DNA from: Phoronis australis
Lineage: Eukaryota > Animalia > Phoronida
NCBI GenBank assembly: GCA_002633005.1
Contig: NMRA01000229.1
Location: forward strand, 231,371-295,370
Direction: 5' to 3'
DNA: 64,000 nucleotides
Of the stretch, positions 1 to 12,654 are shown in pieces. Position numbers and translations under genes: made by a program. Position 1 is the first letter of the stretch; each line of letters opens with the position of its first letter. The notes under the pieces are model-generated. The model had not been told where the DNA came from and made no database searches. It worked only from the letters and a program-made list of their open reading frames with translations.

Positions 1-1426
1 CGATACTTACAGTGTATTATTCCTGGGTGTGTAGGACAGGGCAATTAGAGTTTATGACCTTTGAATTTGTCATGTTTATTTTGTGACGGAGTGTTGTCAA
101 TACAAATGTACCTAGTAACATACCTGTGTGCCAGTAAATTTCGGATCCAACTGATTTGAGGGATTAAATTAGAGTTGGTTGAAATCTGACTTTTGCTGAA
201 GTGAAGTGCATGTAACAGTACGGTACAGTTACTTTGTACCAGCTAGACATTTCCCTTTTACTGTCACGGTGTGATTTTACTGCGTGATGGTGATATTTTG
301 AAATAAATTATTGTCTGAAATGGTTACAGTATCTCAATGTGTTGTTTCTGCGTCAGCATTTTTTTGGCCTTCTCGTTCTGGATAGCCAATCAGATGGAAG
401 TGTGCTTGTTATTGACAGAAAAAAAATCTGCTATTCCGCACATCATGGTCGGATATTGATTGGTGTAAAAATTAATATTGGAAGAATTATTCATGTGATT
501 ACCTTTTTAAAACTCTATTTCCGCGGCGTGTTGTTTTACAACAGAGTCTATGAGACAACTGTATGAAGTGTGAGACCATGTCGTTTCAAACTGTAAAAAT
601 TACCAGTTCACCATGCTAATGTAAATTAGGTACTAGGACAAGTACATGTACATGTAATACTAGATAGTTAAAGAAAAGTTAGTAGCGTATCACTGAAGTA
701 ATTTTCCTTGAGACACCTCAGCACGCCTTACATGCGTTTTATTTTCTGAAAAAACGTATGGATGTTAATGTAATTATAACCTGAACTGGACAATTCCAAT
801 CACCTTTCGGGAAATTGGGTCTGGGCAAATGCATACTTCGACCTCCGGCTTCGTCCGCCCGAGCAGTGGCGTTCACAGACACACGCGGCTAACCGATGTA
901 TATGTGCTTGTCTTACCAACCAGTACAGGGTGTTTTTTGGTGTCGTGCATACTTCTTTTTTCATTGAGATACTTAATGTTAACATATCAGTTTCTATAAC
1001 TCTATCGTTTTGCAAAATTTTGCTCCCAACTTTTATTCAAACTGGCCTATGCCCTCAATTCCGAAAATGCATATGTACACAAAACATGTGCGGTTTCATT
1101 GGTCAACTGTTGCATGCAATGACATGACTTTACCTGCACGCATTCTGCTGTTTGTATGCTGATAGAATTTAATGGGTTTCTACTATTTTGTTGTACATAG
1201 TGTTCGAGTGTTTCACACGAACACATACCTCAAGTCTTTTTTAGAATAAACCAAGGGGCGTCAGATCATGGAAGTTTTAAACCCTTACCACAAACTTTGC
1301 GAATGCAGTGATGTAATGGGGCGCATGAGAGCGGCCCCCTTGACAGCTGATCGTCTTGTCGGTTTATAAACAACGAAAAAGTAACTATACAATTATAATG
1401 ACAAAAAGGTTAATCACTGTATAATA

Positions 1427-1746
1427 CAGTGGCGGATATGGAATATCATAGAGGGGTGGAAACAATTATTTGTCTCGGTAAAATGCACAAAGCACGAATG
1501 CATGCACGCACGTCGAAACGTCCAATTTTCGTAGATGTGGACCTTCTAGTGAAACAAAGTCGGAGGAATAATATAAAAAACGGGCGGTCTTGATCGGCCC
1601 GGGACACTTGCAATGCGGTTCTGATCCTCCAGGCCGTATGTTGATTGATTAGTAAACTCAATATTTCATCACGCTCTTTCTGTTTTATTTTTGGGCAGCC
1701 AAGGGGGGAAGAGGGCGGGTTCCCTGCCCCCCTAACTCTGCCAATG
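1427..1746. mobile_element. MITE with CAGTGGCGGA-type termini (copy at 6721-7040)
   Basis: cagtggcgga ... tctgccaatg imperfect TIR, G/C-run subterminal boxes, TAATA on both flanks. Confidence 0.5.
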
Positions 1747-2524
1747 TAATACCATTTTCTAAACTTTATACATTTCAGTGATTGTGTTTTCGACTGAGCC
1801 GGCGAAACCTCCCAGGCCCTAGCTAGCAGCACTGTGAGAATTTCAGCCAAAGCATTAGGAAATTTGTCTTTGCAATAGCTTATATGACCGTTTACGCAAT
1901 TGGTGGGTCACAGGTTTACATTGTTACCAATATTTTAAAACATCGTTAGTATTTAAAATTTTAAATTTTATTCTGAAAATTTTCCGGCTTCCATAAGGCC
2001 ACCGTGCTCTTGTTTACATAGCGTTCATCATCGATATAGCGGACTGCGTGTCACGCGCTGTCTGGCTTGCGAGTACAGTCGGGTCACCTCTATATGTATA
2101 TAGTTCATTGGGGACATGAATCAATTTTCCTTTTTATCTGGACTTAATACCAGATGGCGCAGCTAATTCGTACTCGATTGAAAACCTGCATGTCGCTATA
2201 CATGTACCTCTGGCGATTATTCCCATCGCTGCGGAGTTAACCTTTTCTATTGTATGGGTGTTGCGCAACTCCGCAATTTAATTCATCTGTTTTGAGAGGA
2301 GTTGCAATGGCTGTTCAAGTCCGGGAGTTACATTTTCCTAACTGAAAATGCCCAAAACAGAGGAGAAAACAAAAATAATACCACGTTATCAGTTTTAAGG
2401 CAGAACATAGGATTTTTGGGATTACTGTTGCATAGGATATTCTATCTTTAATCAGAGCTATGAACCAACGTTGTGCTTTTGTGATTGTGTACAAAAATGT
2501 CAATATTTGCCGGTGTCTGTCAAA

Positions 2525-3145
2525 CATTCAGATAGATAGATAGATAGATAAAAAACAGAAAGATAGCTTGATAGAAAGACAGATAAACTATATTTAAACT
2601 TGATGGCACGTTGAGCTAGATGCTTCTCTCACGCAAATGGTCAAGTTATTATACATTTACAGCATTACAATGGAAAATTACAATTAATTCATTTGAATTA
2701 GTACACCATGAAAATATTACACAATCAATTTAAGTTGAATTAAAATAAGTTAACATTAGACTGAATTAAAATTACAAATGGAATTTTACATACTGGAACG
2801 GTGAGACTTAACTTGTTTTTCAGGAAGGGATAACGAAGTACAATTTGAAGGGTGACTGGTAAAGAATTCCAGATATAAGGACCTTTACAACTAAATGAAT
2901 TTTGACAAGTTTTAGTTTTAATATTAGAAAAGTAGTACATGTACTTCGCACGGGTGGTCCTTTGATGGACATGAGAGGCAAGTCTGAAAGTATTGAGATT
3001 GGCTGGAGCAAGTCTATTTTGAATTTTATACTTGAGAAATGCCTGATGATAAATAACAAGGGAAAAGTCAACCAGTTAAGATCTTTAAACATATCTGATG
3101 ATGGGGTTAGAAAATCACAATCAAGAATCACCCTTGCAGCTCTGT
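2525..3145 (-). mobile_element. 3' fragment of a CR1/L2-group LINE with (TCTA)n tail; second copy at about 7820-8500
   Basis: AARVILDCDFLTPSSDMFKDLNWL and KTKTCQNSFSCKGPYIWNSLP motifs, with a tagataga repeat at the 3' end. Confidence 0.7.
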
Positions 3146-3261
3146 TTAAGAGTAATTCCGAATAAAAACCAAGAGGTTGAGTCTATACCCAAACCCACAG
3201 ATATTTTTGAAACTGAGCACATGATGTTGGCTTGGTGAGACGCAGAAAAATCTCACTTCTT

Positions 3262-4135
3262 ACATGTATGTGCCCACATATTTACATGTATATGTGGGTG
3301 CATATTGCCGTCATCTCTTTCTGGGCGTTCGGTTGTCCGGGCGTCCGGCGTATCTCCTAAACTCCATGCGGGATCGTATTGAAATTTAGCACATTTGTTT
3401 CTATGGGTTGACGACAAAAGGCGACGAGTTATGGACTGACCCAAATACCGCTGTGTCCCCTAGTGGCAATTTTAATTTTTTTACGTCTGCCTTTGTATCT
3501 TCAATGGTTCTCAACCGATTTTCATGAAATTTGGCACATAGGTATGTGTTAATGAGATGACGCTATCCGCCCGTTTGCGGCTGAATTCGACGCATTTTGC
3601 GCCATCTAGTGCCCATTTTTATTATTTTCGAGTCCGTTTTGGCGTCCGACCCTCTATCAACCAAACCACTGTAAGGATGATTGTAAAATTGACATGTATA
3701 TTTTTTCTATGAAATGGATAGTTGACGGTGATTTTCCGACGACTTTGACTACTTTGGGCCCCCCACTAGTGGCTGTTTCGTTTTTTTTTTGCGTCCAAGG
3801 CTGTATCTCCTAAACTGTTGGAGGATCTTTACTCAATTGAGGAAGTGTATTTATATAAAGTTGACAACGGATGAAGACGACTTTCGTACGGATTTGACTA
3901 CCGGTTTGACCCCTAGTGGCAATTTTAGTTATTTACGCTTACCTCTGTATCTTCAAAGGTCCTCCACGTATTTTCCTAAAATTTGGAATATAGGCATCTA
4001 GTAGTGAGATGACGCACTCCTCCCGTTTTTGGATTGATTTGACATAGTTTGCGCCAACAAAAAGGGCCATTTTTACCGTTTTCGAGTGTTGGATTTATGC
4101 TTTAAGGGCCCAAGATAGGGGATACATGTAGTTGT
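3262..4135 (+). mobile_element. Helentron-associated (HINE/DINE-like) non-autonomous element; copies at about 8920-9790 and, inverted, about 59280-59965
   Basis: 5' hairpin gcccacata...tatgtggg, a GTCC-like microsatellite, then internal units containing ccctagtggc / tgaaatttggca. Confidence 0.55.
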
Positions 4136-7100
4136 TAAGGGTCATCAGTTTTGCACCATGAATCGTCTAGCTAAACCCACTTGAAAACATGCGTTTAATC
4201 ATCCATACATGTATTTCGAAAAAGTTTGAAGAAATGCGTAAATCACAGTTTTTGCAGAGAACAGTAATTCACTGGAACTCGTGCAATGCACAACAGTGTC
4301 AAGACATTTTGTGAACAGCCAAAAAGTATTAATTAAGTACATGTAATTAGTAAACAACATTGCTTTTAATGTCAACTCATTTTGGGTGTAATATTCATCT
4401 AAAAGGAAATAGACCAGATAGATAAGCAGTATATAAAGGACAGAGAGATAATCTCAATGATTCAAACCATCGCCACCGGATTTAGAGAAATATTGTAAAG
4501 TATAGATCTCCCGCAGCTACTGTGAATGATTCAGTAAGGCATTCATACAAAAGTATACATCTTTGAATATTAATTGGACCTCTGGTGCCATTTGGTGCCA
4601 ATACATTCTTCAGTAAAAATTCAGGGTTCAATGAAAATTAGAAAAAATTGGTAAACTAATTAAGAGTGACTCTCTATAAAATCCAACAGGTAGAGTCTAC
4701 ACTCAAAAGTACTGACTTTATGAATGGTTTGTTGAGATGTAAAAAATACTCTTTTTATGATATGTACCTCCATTTTGCAAAATTGGGTCTCAAAGTAGAT
4801 ATGTTTGAATGCATTTTATTAGCATGTACAGCTAACTGATAACAAATGAGTGATGCGATTTTAAAGGAATGTGATTGAATAATGTAATGGTACAGCTTTA
4901 AAATTCATTCAAATTTTTTTTGTATGTTTTGATTTTGTGTGGCAAAAACGGCTATTTTGTAGGTTTTCACTGAAGCCGTTTTCGGGCAAAATTTGGCACT
5001 ACGTAGAAGACATATTGCACCTTTTCAATAACTGATGTTATAATGATTTATTTTTTCATTCCTAAACTCTCCATAATCTAAAATAAAAATCTTTCCTCTC
5101 CCGTAGTTTTCTTACGAAGCATTACACGAACTGCACTTAGGCCTATTTGTCTGTTCTCACTTGTCTCAACCACCAATAGGTGACCTCTTGAAACCTGTAA
5201 TTACCTTGCAAAAACGAGGCAAGAAGCTTGACGTATTTTAGAGAGAAATTAGACAGAACTACTAGTTACCATTCTCTCAAAACCACGATGATGATTATTG
5301 CTCATTACAAAAAAATATGTACACAAATTGTGTCAGGCATGCGTACTTCGTCTAAACGATAGATGGCGTCGCTGTTTGAGACTGTGGACGCAACTACCAA
5401 CCGAATCTGCCTTGCTCGTGTTTTTTATCTTCGTTGTGAGAGCCACTGGCACAGAAAAGGAGGCACCTAAGGGGGTTATGACCCTCTGTTCAGTGGAAAA
5501 AATGTTCAATTCGGTCAGAACTTATTGTAATTTTGCGTTCATCTTGTAATGTCCCCGCGGGATTCTACGAATTTCAATCTTCACACCGGTCGCCGGCCAC
5601 CCCAACGTTGAATATTTCTGACAGATTGATGATTAGCGGTATGAAAAGACATACATTCAAGGTCATGAGGAAATAATTCATGAAAGAAAATTTCATTAAT
5701 GATTCACTTCACGAAAGACATTAGGTTAACACAGTTGAACACAACGGTCTGGACTTCATGGCAAACATACCGAGTTACTGAAGGGNTGGTCCTTGAGGCT
5801 CAGATCCAATTTTTAAGTGTCAAATTCGTAACGGAACTATGGCTAAGTATAGGCGATATCCCAGGCGACCGGCAGTGGCGCTGCGCACTACGACTCCGTT
5901 TCCGTCGTCTGCTCCACTGTGCAATGAAGAAAATTTACTTCATTTTTTAAAGACAATGGAACCTGAGTGACGATGAAAAAACAGAAGCTGCTAGTAAGAT
6001 GTGAATTTTAATCGAAGCCTTAGTGAATCACTCAGAAACTCAGAATTCTCTCTTTTTCAAACCTTAACTTAAGACGATTTTCAAAGCAATCCCGTCATTA
6101 TTGCCAACACGAAAAACGGATTTGGTCTTTTGGGCAATTGAAGACGATTTTAAATACAACAAATTTGTTAAGAACCGATTGCACAAAATATAAAACGTGT
6201 AGTAAGCATAACAAAAAGACGTTGGTTTCGCGCGCAAACGATGTGGACCATAAACAAGTAGGTCTATTAGTAAACTATTAGTGGTTAAATCGTGGTGGTG
6301 TAGAGGTAAAGCATGCGCGCTTTATCCGCCAGGTCGTCAGTTCGAGTCTGTTGGGCTTACAGTCTTTTCTTTTTTGACACGTCCTCCGTGTTTTTTTTTG
6401 CCTTTTTTTCTTGGATAATACTTCAGGAATCAAGGAAAATGCTTGATTTTTAGAGGANGAATTTAATGGGTTTCTACTATTTTGTTGTACATAGTGTTCG
6501 AGTGTTTCACACGAACACATACCTCAAGTCTTTTTTAGAATAAACCAAGGGGCGTCAGATCATGGAAGTTTTAAACCCTTACCACAAACTTTGCGAATGC
6601 AGTGATGTAATGGGGCGCATGAGAGCGGCCCCCTTGACAGCTGATCGTCTTGTCGGTTTATAAACAACGAAAAAGTAACTATACAATTATAATGACAAAA
6701 AGGTTAATCACTGTATAATACAGTGGCGGATATGGAATATCATAGAGGGGTGGAAACAATTATTTGTCTCGGTAAAATGCACAAAGCACGAATGCATGCA
6801 CGCACGTCGAAACGTCCAATTTTCGTAGATGTGGACCTTCTAGTGAAACAAAGTCGGAGGAATAATATAAAAAACGGGCGGTCTTGATCGGCCCGGGACA
6901 CTTGCAATGCGGTTCTGATCCTCCAGGCCGTATGTTGATTGATTAGTAAACTCAATATTTCATCACGCTCTTTCTGTTTTATTTTTGGGCAGCCAAGGGG
7001 GGAAGAGGGCGGGTTCCCTGCCCCCCTAACTCTGCCAATGTAATACCATTTTCTAAACTTTATACATTTCAGTGATTGTGTTTTCGACTGAGCCGGCGAA

Positions 7101-10100
7101 ACCTCCCAGGCCCTAGCTAGCAGCACTGTGAGAATTTCAGCCAAAGCATTAGGAAATTTGTCTTTGCAATAGCTTATATGACCGTTTACGCAATTGGTGG
7201 GTCACAGGTTTACATTGTTACCAATATTTTAAAACATCGTTAGTATTTAAAATTTTAAATTTTATTCTGAAAATTTTCCGGCTTCCATAAGGCCACCGTG
7301 CTCTTGTTTACATAGCGTTCATCATCGATATAGCGGACTGCGTGTCACGCGCTGTCTGGCTTGCGAGTACAGTCGGGTCACCTCTATATGTATATAGTTC
7401 ATTGGGGACATGAATCAATTTTCCTTTTTATCTGGACTTAATACCAGATGGCGCAGCTAATTCGTACTCGATTGAAAACCTGCATGTCGCTATACATGTA
7501 CCTCTGGCGATTATTCCCATCGCTGCGGAGTTAACCTTTTCTATTGTATGGGTGTTGCGCAACTCCGCAATTTAATTCATCTGTTTTGAGAGGAGTTTCA
7601 ATGGCTGTTCAAGTCCGGGAGTTACATTTTCCTAACTGAAAATGCCCAAAACAGAGGAGAAAACAAAAATAATACCACGTTATCAGTTTTAAGGCAGAAC
7701 ATAGGATTTTTGGGATTACTGTTGCATAGGATATTCTATCTTTAATCAGAGCTATGAACCAACGTTGTGCTTTTTTGATTGTGTACAAAAATGTCAATAT
7801 TTGCCGGTGTCTGTCAAACATTCAGATAGATAGATAGATAGATAAAAAACAGAAAGATAGATTGATAGACAGACAGATAAACTTTATTTTAACTTGATGG
7901 CACGTTGAGCTAGATGCTTCTCTCACGCAAATGGTCAAGTTATTATACATTTACAACATTACAGTGGAAAATTACGATTAATTCATTTGAATTAGTACAC
8001 CATGAAAATATTACACAATCAATTTAAGTTGAATTAACATAAGTTAACATTAGACTGAATTAAAATTACAAATGGAATTTTACATACTGGAACGGTGAGA
8101 CTTAACTTGTTTTTCAGGAGGGGATAACGAAGTACAATTTGAAGGGTGACTGGTAAAGAATTCCAGATATAAGGACCTTTACAACTAAATGAATTTTGAC
8201 AAGTTTTAGTTTTAATATTAGAAAAGTAGTACATGTACATCGCACGGGTGGTCCTTTGATGGACATGAGAGGCAAGTCTGAAAGTATTGAGATTGGCTGG
8301 AGCAAGTCCATTTTGAATTTTATACTTGAGAAATGCCTGATGGTAAATAACAAGGGAAAAGTCAACCAGTTAAGATCTTTAAACATATCTGATGATGGGG
8401 TTAGAAAATCACAATCAAGAATCACCCTTGCAGCTCTGTTTTATAATTTAACAATTCTGTCAATATCATCGTGAAAAGTATTACCCCATAACAAAGGAAA
8501 AGGCAACCTTTTTTCATGTCATTTTTTCGTAAAAGTACGATTCGGTGATTATCCCACACATATGTCATTGGTCACTTTGAAATTAGATTTGTTTGCGGGC
8601 GTTCGTTTGTACAAGTTCTTTTTTCAAACGATAATTTGGACCAAGTGCAATATTAAGTTAATCTCAAGAATGAAAACTTTCACAGTCTTCTTTTCTGCTT
8701 GTTTTACGACTTTTTCTCGAGTCTTGGGGCTGGAGCAGTTTCTTAACTCCGGTAAAAACTATACACCCATATTCTTACACACCACTCGTAGCTTGCGCAA
8801 AAGCTTTAAGAGTAATTCCGAATAAAAACCAAGAGGTTGAGTCTATATCCAAACCCACAGATATTTTTGAAACTGAGCACATGATGTAGGCTTGGTGAGA
8901 CGCAGAAAAATCTCACTTCTTACATGTATTTGCTCACATATTAATATGCGGGTGCACATTGCCGTCATCTCTGTCTGGACGTTCGGTCGTCTGGGTGTCC
9001 GGCGTCCGGGACTGTATCTCCTAAACTCCATGCAGGATCGTATTGAAATTTAGCAGGTTTGTTCCTATGGGTTGACAACAGAAGGCGACGAGTTTTTGAC
9101 TGACCCAAATACCGCTGTGCCCCCTAGTGGCAATTTTAATTTTTTTGCGTCTGCCTCAGTATCTTCAAAGGTCCTCAACCGAATTTCATGAAATTTGGCA
9201 CATAGGCGTATGTTAATGAGATGACGCTATCCTCCCGTTTGCGATGGATTCGAGGTATTCTGCGCCATCTAGTGGTGCCCATTTTTACTATTTTCGAGTC
9301 CGTTTTGGCGTCCGACTCTCTATCAACCAAACCACTCTAAAGATGGTTGTGAAAATTGGCCTTTATGTTTTTCTATGAAGTGGGTGATTGACGATGATTT
9401 TGACTGCTGTGGCGCCCCCTAGTGGCTGTTTAATTTTCTTTGCGCCCAAGGCTGTATCTTCCAAACCGTAGGAGAATCTTTACTCAATTTAGGAAGTGTA
9501 TTTATATGATGTTGACAACGGTTGACAACGGTTTTCGGATTTGACTACTGGTGTGACCTCTAGTGGCAATTTTAGCTATTTACACTTACCTCTGTATCTT
9601 CAAAGGTCCTCCACGTATTTTCCTAAAATTTGGCATATAGACATCTATTAGTGAGATGACGCACTCCTCCTGTTTTAGGATTGATTTGACGTAATTTGCG
9701 CCACCAAAAAGGGCCTTTTTTACCGTTTTCGAGTGTTTGATTTATGCATTAAGGGCCCAAGACAGGGGATAAGTGGAAACATGTAGTTGTAAAGGTTCCT
9801 CATTTTGGACCACTAAACTCACTTGAAAATATGTATTTAATCATCCAGGCATGTATTTCGAAAAAGTTTGAGAAAATGCGTAAATCACAACTTTTGCAGA
9901 GAATATTAATTCACTGGAACTTTGCATTCAAGAAGACAATTTTCGAGAATACAAAACTTGATTACAACAGGAAGTACACTCTGACAAGGCACATTGGATT
10001 CATCTTTGTCTCTATTGCTTTTTTATCGAAATTGTGTATCATTTTATAAAAATCGAGAACTTGAAAAATAGGGTCAACTGCTGCTCGTTTTCTGCTTTTT

Positions 10101-11764
10101 AAAAATTTTACTAGATTCTTTCATATTTGGGAGCCCAGCCTTTGGAGGGGGCTCGTTTATGGAATCCATGCAGTTAATCTTTTCGCGTTTTAATTGATAG
10201 CTCCAAACATTTTTAAGGGACCGCTCACGCGGAGAGTATTTAAACATGCAATCGGTTGTCTGTGTTTTCCCTTTTTTGTGAAATCGTGTGCAACTGGTCA
10301 CACGATGATGAAATTAACCGTCACTCATTTCCGTTGTAGTGAGATTTATCATTTCATTTGTTCCTTTCCCGTGTATAAATCCAGAACTGTGAACTATTCA
10401 CAAGGAGAAGTTTATAAGATTCCTAATTCATCAAAAACGAAGCAAAGTCGTGGAATGCACAACAGTGTCAAGAAATTTTGTGAACAGCCAAAAAGTATTA
10501 ATGAAGTACACGTAATTAGTAAACAACATTGATTTTAATGTCGACTAATTTTGGGTGTAATATTCACCTAAAAGGAAATGGACCAGATAGATAAGCAGTA
10601 TATAAAGGACAGAGAGAGAGTCTCAATGATTCAAACGATTGCCAACGGATTTAGAGAAATAGTATAAAGTATAGATCTCCCAAGTTGCTGTGAATGATTC
10701 AGTAAGGCATTCATACAAAAATATACATCTTTGAATATTGATTGGACCTCTGGTGCCGTTTGGTGCCAATACATTCTTCAGTAAAAATTCAGGGTTCAAT
10801 GAAAATTAGAAAAATGTGGTAAACAAATTAAGAGTGACTCTCTATAAAAACCAACAGGTAGAGTCTACACCCAAAATTACAGACTTTATGAGTTTGGTTT
10901 GTTGAGATGTAAAAAAAATTTCTTTTTCTAATATGTACCTCCAAACCAAAAACGGCTATTTTGCAGGTTTTGATTGAAGCCATTTTCGGCCAAATTTGGC
11001 ACTACGTAGAAGCCATATTGCACCTTTTCAAAAGCTGATGTTATAATAATTTATTTATTCATTCCTAAACTTTCCATAATCTAAAATAAAAATCTTGCCT
11101 ATCCCGGAGTTTTTGCTTACGAAGCATTACACGAACTGCACTTAGTCCTGTTTGCCTGTTCTCACTTGTCTCAACCACCAATAGGTGACCTCTTGAAACC
11201 TGTAATTACCTTGCAAAAACGAGGCAAAAAGTTTGTATTTTAGAGAGAAATTAGACAGAACTACTAGTTACCATTCTCTCAAAACCACGATGATGATTAT
11301 TGCTTATTACAAAAAATTAGAAACACAAATTGTGACAGGCATGCGTTCTTCGTCTAAATGATAGATGGCGCCGCTGTTTGTTTACATGGAGACTGTGGAC
11401 GCAACTACCAACCGAATCTGCCTTGCTCGTGTTATTTATCTTCGTTGTGAGAGCCACTGGCACAGAAAGGGAGGCACCTAAGGGGGTTATGACCCTCTGT
11501 TCAGTGGAAAAAATGTTCAATTCAGTCAAAACTCATTGTAATTTTGCGTTCATCTTGTCCCCGCGGGATTCTACGAATTTTAATCTTCACACCGGTCGCC
11601 GGCCACCCCAACGTTGAATATTTCTGACAGTTTGATGATTAGCGGTATGAAAAGACCTACATTCAAGGTCATGAGCAAATAATTCAGTTCACGACAGACA
11701 TTAGGTTAACATAGTTTAACACAACGGTCTGGACTTCATGGCCAACATACCGAGCTACTGAAGG

Positions 11765-11810
11765 NNNNNNNNNNNNNNNNNNNNNNNNNNNNNNNNNNNN
11801 NNNNNNNNNN
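11765..11810. other. Assembly gap (N-run) followed by a G-run
   Basis: 46 N characters. Confidence 0.99.
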
Positions 11811-12654
11811 GGGGGGGGGGGGGGGGTGGGGGTGCTAAACAGGTGTAGTCCAAGGGAGGCACCAGGCATTTGTTAACTAGGGGGTTACACAGCTACCAAC
11901 TGGGGAGGTGAGGGTGCCACTTAGTGAGGTTTCGACGGGGGGGGGGGCAAGGCTCCAAGACTGGTCCTGCTCAGTCACAAATTTACCTACCCTGGTTAGT
12001 ATGAGCTCATACTCTGCCCCTGGCTTTGATTTGTGCGGCACTGTACAGCATCTCAGATGTTCTGAAGTGTCTTTAGCTTGACTGACTAAACCCACAAAGC
12101 CTTTGTTATCGCACTTAATTGATGAAAACTCTCTAAACGAACAGAAATGGCCTGCGTTCTTCATTTTAATTTTAAGAACATGATAGCGTCAAAACCAGTC
12201 CTTACAAATAACAATTCTTACAAATTGAAACTTCAAAAGGATTTATTTCCATTTAATTGACCTGCAATTGTCAAATAAATGAAAATGGAAGAAAACAAGA
12301 GGGTTACATGTACAAGTGTTTTTATATATCCTCAAACGTAATGTTAACTAACTCACTGGACAAAGGTTATCGGGTTCAGTTTTGATACTCGCGTAATTTA
12401 TCCAGGAAACAACATGCTTTCATTCGAAGGACCTTAGGCCTGACTTTATATATAACAATTTAAAGCAGATTTCTTGTTCAAAATTTCGTTCAAATTGTCT
12501 GTAAACTTTGCCCATCATTTCCAAAATCGACAGTTTTGCAAGGTTATTTTCACAAAAAATAATGGTTGAGACAAGATATTTTTGGCCAGTCATCAACATT
12601 AACTCTTTACCTGTAGCTGTCTGTTCAAGAAGTTACATAAACCTACAAAGGTGC

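Larger units (their letters stand above)
1165..11764 (+). repeat. ~5.3 kb tandem duplication (1165-5784 and 6459-11764)
   Basis: Offset 5294 at the start, with identical ORFs at 1446 and 6740. Copies are bounded by N at 5786, N at 6458 and the N-run 11765-11810. Copy 2 has extra blocks at about 8440-8805 and 9920-10450. Confidence 0.95.

Noticed and set aside
1446-1850. 134-aa ORF present twice (also 6740..7144)
   Set aside because: Non-ATG start, overlaps a MITE, no recognisable domain. The identity reflects the duplication, not conservation.
6290-6355. Ochre-suppressor tRNA (TTA anticodon)
   Set aside because: Anticodon stem has only 3 bp, no acceptor stem is visible, and the second copy has a deletion in the T-arm region. 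It is a repeat-borne tRNA-like remnant.
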